Shown here piece after piece: positions 57,195-64,000 of a stretch of DNA of 64,000 bases. How positions within the stretch are numbered: the first letter of the stretch is position 1; each line of letters opens with the position of its first letter. Below the pieces are notes generated by a model. That model searched no databases. It saw only the letters and a list, made by a program, of their open reading frames with translations, and was not told the origin of the DNA. A program made the translations under genes and the position numbers. Source of the stretch: Rebecca billardiae RCC1528 (Eukaryota > Protista > Haptophyta); NCBI GenBank assembly GCA_965240325.2, contig OZ251239.1, positions 248,001-312,000 on the forward strand, given 5' to 3'.

Positions 57195-58514
57195 TCACCG
57201 GTCCACCGGTACTGCGGCGGACTGCGCGCGCTTCGCCGCGCGCTCGCCCTCGAGCTCCGCCGCTCTCCTCTCGCGCTCGAACTGGACGCAGTCGGCAGCC
57301 ATGGCAGCCCGCTCGGCCGCAGCGCGATCTGTGCCCCCCCGCGCGCTGCGCTCGGTTGCGTCGGCGCGCAAGCTGGCGCGCGCAGCGTCGGCGACGGCGC
57401 GCGCGGTCGCCTTGCGCGACGAGTCCAGCTCCACCTGCTGCTCCGTCAGGCGCACCTGCTGCTCCAAGATGACCGCGTGCTCAGCAGGAGTCACGCGCTG
57501 CTCGTGCAGCGGCACCTGCACGCGGCCTGCTGCGGACGCGCGCGGCGCGCCGGCGTCGGGGGGCGAGTAGAGGTCGCGGAAGGGGCAGCTGTCGTCGCCG
57601 GCGCCCAGCGACGTGTCGTCGGCATCCAGCTCCGCCTTCCTCTCCGCCGCCGACGCGCCCTGCTTCCGGCTCAGGATGCGCTCCATGTCCTTGTTCTTGC
57701 CCTTCCACCACCTGTGCACGGTCATCAGCCAGATGCCGATCACCTCCAGCAGCGGCGAGTCGTGGCGCGCCGAGATGCCGAGCGCATCCGCGCAGACGAG
57801 CGCGAGCGCATTGGGCTTCTTCGTCCCACCGTCGCGCGCGGTCTGGGCGCACGCCGGGGTGAACACTCTGACCAACGGCTTGTGCTTCTTCAAGTTCTCG
57901 AGCATGAGGTCCATGAGCGTGCGGAGGAGGTCGAGGAGCATGAAGTTGAGCACCGATGCGTACCGCGGGCGAAAGCCGGCCACGGGCCGACCGGCCAAGG
58001 GCTGCAGCACGTGGATGGCGCGCGCCGCCACCGCCGTCTCCTCGAGCTGCTGCGCGCTGACATTGACGTCAGGCCGTAGCTCGGGCCTGCACGGTTGCAC
58101 ACAGCCGAGGCCGTCCGCGGAGGAGGCGAGCCCCTCGGCGGTGCCAGCGGGGACCTCGGGCGGGTCGCACACATCCATGGGCACGCGTGCATCATCATCT
58201 GCCGCGCCCTGGACCTCGTCATGCCCGGCACAGCGGTCCGCAAGTTGGTCGGCGGTAGCTGGCCCTTGCGGCAGAGACGTCGCGGGCACGTCCGAGGGCG
58301 AGAAGGCAGCGTCGGGTGGGGAAGGAGACAGCGTCGAGTCGTTGCCGATGCCTATCCCACCGCGTTGCGCATGTTCGTCTCCGCGTTGCTCGCCTGCACG
58401 TGCTCCTAGGACGCGCTCCTTGGTCGCGGGCAGCACACGTTGAGCACGCAGATTCAAATCATGAAGCACGAGCGTCGACTGGCCAGCGACTCCCAGCGAG
58501 AGCCCGGTCCACAC
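57195..58514 (-). CDS. Hypothetical protein with a C-terminal coiled coil (start uncertain; possibly TE-derived)
   Basis: 439-codon frame with protein-like composition (LLDLLRTLMDLMLENLKKHK...IWLMTVHRWWKGK) between AT-rich flanks. No recognisable domain. Confidence 0.45.
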   Translation of the reverse strand: MWTGLSLGVAGQSTLVLHDLNLRAQRVLPATKERVLGARAGEQRGDEHAQRGGIGIGNDSTLSPSPPDAAFSPSDVPATSLPQGPATADQLADRCAGHDEVQGAADDDARVPMDVCDPPEVPAGTAEGLASSADGLGCVQPCRPELRPDVNVSAQQLEETAVAARAIHVLQPLAGRPVAGFRPRYASVLNFMLLDLLRTLMDLMLENLKKHKPLVRVFTPACAQTARDGGTKKPNALALVCADALGISARHDSPLLEVIGIWLMTVHRWWKGKNKDMERILSRKQGASAAERKAELDADDTSLGAGDDSCPFRDLYSPPDAGAPRASAAGRVQVPLHEQRVTPAEHAVILEQQVRLTEQQVELDSSRKATARAVADAARASLRADATERSARGGTDRAAAERAAMAADCVQFERERRAAELEGERAAKRAQSAAVPVDR

Positions 58515-59037
58515 GAAGCATGGCTACCTGTCCGCAGCCGCCCAGCCGCTCGGCGAGGCGCCTGCGCCGAGGTGGGCGCGCCCAACGGCGAGCGGACGGC
58601 CGTCGACGAGGGCCATCAGCCTCGCCGACCCCGTTCAGAGCTCCGCTCCCGCGCCGGGGCCAGCCGAGCGCGGATTTGGAATCTGCCGATCGCGAAAACA
58701 CGCCGAACAAGTTCTGAAAAGGAAAAGAAAAGAAATCAAAAAGCAATTTAATCTGATGGACCCCCTACATCTTACTATGACGGAATGTTCTAACACACGG
58801 CTGGTGTTATGTGCTATTCCACCCTGCATTCCCCTAAGTGTTACTATCGTTAAAATTAGCATCTACTACAAACGCAATCATTGCGGCAGCGATATCCACT
58901 CATATACGCGGTGGCCACCTACCGAAAAATCCCCAAAATCCTGCGCGCATCCTCTTTTTGATTTTGCGGAGCACGTGCGCCGCCCCCCCCCCCGGCTTTC
59001 GCTCACGCTCAGACCTTTCGGGGGGGGGCCGTGCGCC

Positions 59038-59176
<139 letters not shown>

Positions 59177-59654
59177 CCGGGGGCACGCGCCCGCGGGGGC
59201 GCTGCATACGACGACTACTTCGAGACGACGGCTGATGACGCGTGGCACCGCGACCACCGCGGTGGCGCGCGCGCGTCGACGCCAGACGGTGTGTCGAGCT
59301 TCCGCTCGGCGATGGACTATGGAGTGATGGGCGACTACGAGGGGGGGGGGGACGACGGCGAGGAGCGCTGATCCTGGTGTTTGTCTCTGCTGCTCGATCT
59401 GCTGCTACAGCTTGCTGACTCTGACGCCTGCCCGTTGCATACCACGTCGTTTTAAAATATATACGCGGTCATGTTACAAGTGCTGCGTATGATTCAGTAT
59501 TTTTTAAAATCAATCAGGCTCACGGGCCGACGTGACACCGTAAGGCGGCAGTCTGAGTCACTACGACAGACAACAGGCGCTGTAGTCGGCATATTAACAT
59601 ATTAAGGAGCAGACGCTGCTTCTGCCATGCGGAGAGGTCCTAAGAGTCGATCGA

Positions 59655-60437
59655 TTATCCAAGGGCGGTAGGGTCGCCAAACTGTTGGTCGCGCGGTTCA
59701 ACGAGCATCTCGTGCACGCCGACGTGTGGGGGCGCCGTCAGAGCATAGATCACTGCAGAAGCAATGTCCGCGACGTCGAGCACCGAATTGCGGTCACCGC
59801 TGATGGTCTTGCCGATAGCCACCCCGGTCTTCTCCGCCGCTTCAGCATCCGTGTTGCCGACGATGAGGTTTGTGCCGACGTCTCCTGGCTGCAAATCAGT
59901 AACCTTGACGCCAGTGCCCACGCACTCGGCGCGCAGCCCCTTCGAGAATGTTGTGACAAACGCTTTCGAGGCGTTATAGACCGAGAGCGCCGGGAAGACC
60001 TGCTTCGCCGCGTCAGACGAAATGTTGACGATGTGGCCCGACTTGCGTGCGAGCATGCCCTGCAGCACGGCACCAACGCCGTTGACAACACCCTTGCAGT
60101 TGGTGTCGATCGTCCTCTCCCACTCGTCCTCGTGCAAGTTCTTCATCAGCGTGAAGTACATCACGCCGGCCGCGTTGACGAGGATGTCGACGGGCCCGAG
60201 CTTGGCCTCCGCTGCAGCAGCAAGCGCCTTCATTTCGGCACGCACAGTCACGTCAGTTGCCACTGCGATCGCCCGGCCGCCCTCGGCGATGATTTTTTCG
60301 GCGGTGGCTTGGATCACGTCCAGCCGCCGGGCAGCAAGGGCGACCAGACAACCCTCCGCGGCAAGCCCGAGAGCGATTCCTTGCCCAATGCCGGAGCTGG
60401 CACCCGTGACCACGGCAACCTTGCCCTTGAGAGACAT
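59655..60437 (-). CDS. Classical NADP-dependent short-chain dehydrogenase/reductase (YdfG-like)
   Basis: VTGASSGIG, AARR, LVNAAG, VNISS, YNASK and QPG. 260 aa, intronless. Confidence 0.95.
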   Translation of the reverse strand: MSLKGKVAVVTGASSGIGQGIALGLAAEGCLVALAARRLDVIQATAEKIIAEGGRAIAVATDVTVRAEMKALAAAAEAKLGPVDILVNAAGVMYFTLMKNLHEDEWERTIDTNCKGVVNGVGAVLQGMLARKSGHIVNISSDAAKQVFPALSVYNASKAFVTTFSKGLRAECVGTGVKVTDLQPGDVGTNLIVGNTDAEAAEKTGVAIGKTISGDRNSVLDVADIASAVIYALTAPPHVGVHEMLVEPRDQQFGDPTALG

Positions 60438-60792
60438 GCCGCAACTCGGCCCGACGGCCCGACTTCGATAGTGTTTTCAGCTCGACGCCGATCGATCGGT
60501 TCGCATCAAAGGAATCCAGGGGCGCCCTACCGGGCTGTACCCCCTTGATTCCTTCGCATCGCGCACGTTCAACGTGACACCCGGATCGATCCGGTCAAAC
60601 CACCGCCGTGGCGTTGTGGCGCCAGCTGTCCGCGGCTCCGTGCGGAGCGCCGGAGCCCCACTCACCGAGTCCGTTGGCACCGGCACTCGCCGCCGCTGCC
60701 CTCTGCGCGCGCGCGTGGCGCGAAGCTGCTGCGCGGATGAGCGCGCAGCCTGACGAGGCCAGGCGAGCGCCTCGCTGCCCCCGCTCCCCCAG

Positions 60793-61469
60793 ATCGAGCT
60801 CCTCCTCGAAGACGGCGACCCTGAACGGTGGGACGCTGAGCTTGTCATCTCGGCCGCCGGCCTCGACGTGTGCGCTCTCGCGCTCACGGCGGACAGCGAG
60901 GCTATATTGCCGAGCGCGTGTCATGCGCAGGCGTGTGACCGTCCACGTTTGACCCTCTTCGCCTAGCTCTGGTTCCCGCACAGCTTCTCCAGCCCCGCGC
61001 TCTGTGGACATCAAGTTCATGCAAGGCGTTCGCATGGGCGCCTTTGAACTGAAGGCGCCGACTCACTACCTGCTGCTCAGAACCCAGACTCACCGGCCCC
61101 AGCTGACCGCGGCTCAGCGTGGGCGTGGGCGTAAGCCCGGTCGCCCGTGGCTGTCGCAGGTGCCATGGATGACTGCCGACGCTGTGCTTACAGTCGTGCA
61201 GCACGCGCTCGTGCACTACAAGACGGTCAGTCAGGATGCCGCTGCACTGCGCGCCGAACGTGCCCCGGAGCTCGCCGCGATCGCCGTAGCCTTCTGCGGC
61301 ATGGGCGCGAGCTTCCCGGCCAAGGTGCATGTGCTCGATCAGCGCGCGCAGGCGCGCGCAGCCGCCGTCGAGCCTCAGCCGCCGCCGCCGGCGTGTCCGT
61401 CGGGCGCGCAGGTTGCCAAGCCAAGGCTCGCGGCCAGTCGACCTCATCACGCACGTCGGCACGAAGTGA
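60793..61469 (+). CDS. Possible small multi-exon hypothetical gene (structure unresolved)
   Basis: Protein-like blocks (IELLLEDGDPERWDAELVIS; DIKFMQGVRMGAFELK; VPWMTADAVLTVVQHALVHYKT; FCGMGASFPAK) are bounded by plausible GT/GC...AG sites. Confidence 0.3.
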
Positions 61470-62420
61470 TGCTGCACGCTCGCCGAGGCTGCGGGCCACG
61501 ACGAGCCTCGCGCACCAGCGCCCGCCCCGTCGCCGTCGACTACCGCCGCCATCAGCTCCTGAACGAACGCACACCCACGCTCGACCGGTATGTGGCCGCA
61601 TCTGCGGTCTAAATGAGCCGGGCCCGGGTCCGGGCCGCCGGGCGCCTGCGCGGTCGGCGCGCCGCGGCGGCCGCGGCGCCGCATCGACAGGTGCCTCAGC
61701 AGCTCAGACCACCGCACGCAAGCTTGCGCTCGACGACTATTATTACCGTAGCAGCATCTTTTGGCGGCTGTATAATCTGCCCATCTCGATGCGTGGCGGA
61801 TGAGTGCCGACCGATCAGGCCGAGTGGGCGGCGAGTGCTGCCCGGCCCGTGGCCGTCACGGCACGCCGTCACGCCACGCAATGTCAGTAAGCTAATGTCG
61901 CTACGCGGATGGCAGCTGTAAAGTGCCTAATGGCGACATTCGGCATGACCTTCAGTAGATCGCCCAGCGCCGACGACTCGCCGCGCGCACGGGCGAGCGC
62001 GCTTGCAGCCGGTGCCCATGTTAATGTACATACGTCCCGACGGTGCCCGGACTGGAGTCGAGACGGCGCATCGCAACTCGCCTCGCATGGGCCACGCGCG
62101 CAGCCGGCGAGTGTGCGGGGCGAGAAGGGGCGGGGATGATCATCCGTGTCTCCCGGTGCCATCCGGCCGGCGCGCGCGGGCGTGCGCGCCGTGAGGGCCG
62201 CGCATCGGCCTGCGCAGGGCGCGTGGTGCGTGTCAGATTGGTCGCCATCGCCCGATCCTGAGGGTTTGCTCCCGTCCTGGCCGTCCAAGCGGCCCGGCCC
62301 GGACGGCGGGGCGGCGGACCCGGCGAGCACTCGAAGCGATTCCGCTGGCCGGCTGGGAATCACACACAGGTCGGTCTGTCGCCCCCCTGTTTCGGTCATT
62401 GCGACCTCACCGCCGGCGCG

Positions 62421-63275
62421 ATGCTAGCAGACCTCGTCGTCGCTGGCTGTGGCATCGTGGGCATGGTCTGTTTTTGTCTTGTATTCGCCCCACAGGCATG
62501 GCTGAACGAGAAGCGCAAGACAACCACCGGGCTTAGCATGGCGACCATGTTTGTGTGGCAGTCGGCGGGCATGACGTACGCGGCGTTCCTGCTGTATGAG
62601 TCGGCATCAGCGTGGGTCGTGTTTTCGGTGGTGTCGTTCATGGGCGTGGCGGCGGTGATCGATGCCCAGATAGCCGTTTACACGAAAGGGTGGCGCGTGC
62701 CAGTGGCCCTTCTCTCTGCGGCCATCATGGTGGCCACCGTGGCCGTGGTGGGCATCCTCTGGTTCGCATATGACTGGCTGCCTGATCCTGTCGCGGTGAC
62801 ACTAGGTGACCTGTTGCCAGCGGCCTTGTTCACGGTGGGGTTCTTCCCACAGTTCCAAGTCTTTATTGAGACGTGGTCCGTGGAAGGCTACTCTTTTGGA
62901 GTCACGGCGTTGGATCTAGTGGGCTCTGTCGCCAATGCGCTCGTGCTCTTCCTGACGCAGGGCTGGGGAGGCAGGGTATGGCTCTCTGCGCTGCCCTTTC
63001 TGGCCATCGCCGTGCTGCACGTTGTGCTCATCCTCCTCGCTCTCGTCATCATCGACCCGTGCGGAATGAGTCCTCGGCGTTACATCGGCTTCGACGACAA
63101 GGGGGTCGCTGTCGAATCAGGCTCTGCGGATGACTTGACCAAGCAGGTGACGCCTGAAGCCGAGGCTGGGGCTGCGAGTCCCAGCGCCGCAGGAGCAGCA
63201 GATGATGCCGCGGAGTCCCTGGCAGCAGAAGCCTCGGCGTCGTCTGCTACAGCCGCACCGGCAGTTGATGTCTAG
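62421..63275 (+). CDS. PQ-loop repeat membrane protein (LCT/cystinosin-YPQ family)
   Basis: Two PQ loops, VFAPQAWLN.KRKTTTGLS and FFPQFQVFIETWSVEGYS. About 7 TM helices and an acidic tail. Confidence 0.9.
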   Translation: MLADLVVAGCGIVGMVCFCLVFAPQAWLNEKRKTTTGLSMATMFVWQSAGMTYAAFLLYESASAWVVFSVVSFMGVAAVIDAQIAVYTKGWRVPVALLSAAIMVATVAVVGILWFAYDWLPDPVAVTLGDLLPAALFTVGFFPQFQVFIETWSVEGYSFGVTALDLVGSVANALVLFLTQGWGGRVWLSALPFLAIAVLHVVLILLALVIIDPCGMSPRRYIGFDDKGVAVESGSADDLTKQVTPEAEAGAASPSAAGAADDAAESLAAEASASSATAAPAVDV

Positions 63276-63343
63276 TATAATCTGCCGACGCCTAGAGAGA
63301 GAGAGAGAGAGAGATCGAAGAGAGCCAGTCTCTCTCTCTCTCT

Positions 63344-64000
63344 CGGATATCCCACTGCTGTCCTGTGCCATAGGACTGGGTCCTATACTGCACAGGACAG
63401 CCACAGGGACGACTCAGTAGACGACATTTTCTCATATTGCCGAATGGTACGACTGCACCTAGGGGTCGGTAGCAGTGTCGCCACCATCCGCCAGAGCGAG
63501 CTTGTTGTGATTTTCGACCACCACCGCATGTTTTGGGCTCCACGGATGGAGCGCGTGAAGCCGTCGCGGTCGTTGCCGCCTTGCGACTCCACGGCGGCAA
63601 CGGCCGACCGCCATGTGGCACTTGTAGATGACACCCAGCTTGATGCTCACACATCGTGGTTCACTGTGTTCGACCGGAGCCGTATGAGGTTCATCCACAA
63701 TGCGTTTTGGTCCTCGCCAAGCATGGCATTGTACGTCACGCCGGGGCTGCGCGCGCAAGCTGCTGCGGGTCTCTCGCGTCGTCAGGTGGTTGCGATCGAG
63801 CATCGGCGCGCATGTAGAGCAAGCCTCGGAGGTAGCCGGAACATCTTGCCATGTCGCGTGCGTGGATGGTATCGCACCTGTAGACACGCCATGCGTGTGC
63901 CGCAGTCGATTGACGCGACGCTCGACCCGCACGCTATTGGATTCGTGGGCTCATCGTCCACAAGGACGGCTGCCACCATCGTGGGAGGTCCGTGGCCGCT
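63344..64000. mobile_element. Family C copy 2 (runs off the window end), inserted at a (CT)n tract
   Basis: Starts CGGATATCCCACTGC and aligns with 55025-~55680. Confidence 0.9.

Noticed and set aside
56640-58930. AT-rich flanks as TIRs of an element carrying the 439-aa ORF
   Set aside because: Only 8-10-bp matches and small local hairpins; no clean termini or TSD.

Overview
Very GC-rich eukaryotic DNA with short GC-rich GT-AG/GC-AG introns. The style resembles a haptophyte alga such as the Pavlovales, but that is an inference. Most ORFs in the six-frame track are GC-driven shadow frames. About 13 protein-coding genes are supportable: two paralogous nucleoside-hydrolase-like/~6TM/TIR(HET)-like fusion genes (<1-4728 minus; 26277-31224 plus), a PX/PH-type phospholipase D with inserted transmembrane segments, an EsV-1-7 cysteine-repeat protein, two divergent intronless glyco-enzyme-like genes, an HtpX/M48 peptidase, an FkbM methyltransferase, an MCT-type MFS transporter interrupted by a MITE, a GT77 glycosyltransferase with a UVR motif, an SDR, a PQ-loop protein and hypothetical proteins. 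The standout is the nucleoside hydrolase-6TM-TIR pair. One copy keeps the TIR catalytic Glu motif (WCVLEL), the other has WPVAQL, and their hydrolase cores are nearly identical. Intergenic DNA is dense with non-autonomous DNA transposons whose TIRs and TSDs can be read directly: piggyBac-like (TTAA), Tc1/mariner-like (TA), Harbinger-like (TCA), two families with CTTG...CAAG ends and 7-bp TSDs (one nested in the other), and a 4-bp-TSD family. There is also a ~400-bp-arm foldback and a tandem duplication that supplies empty-site controls. No intact transposase, rRNA, tRNA or CRISPR array was seen.
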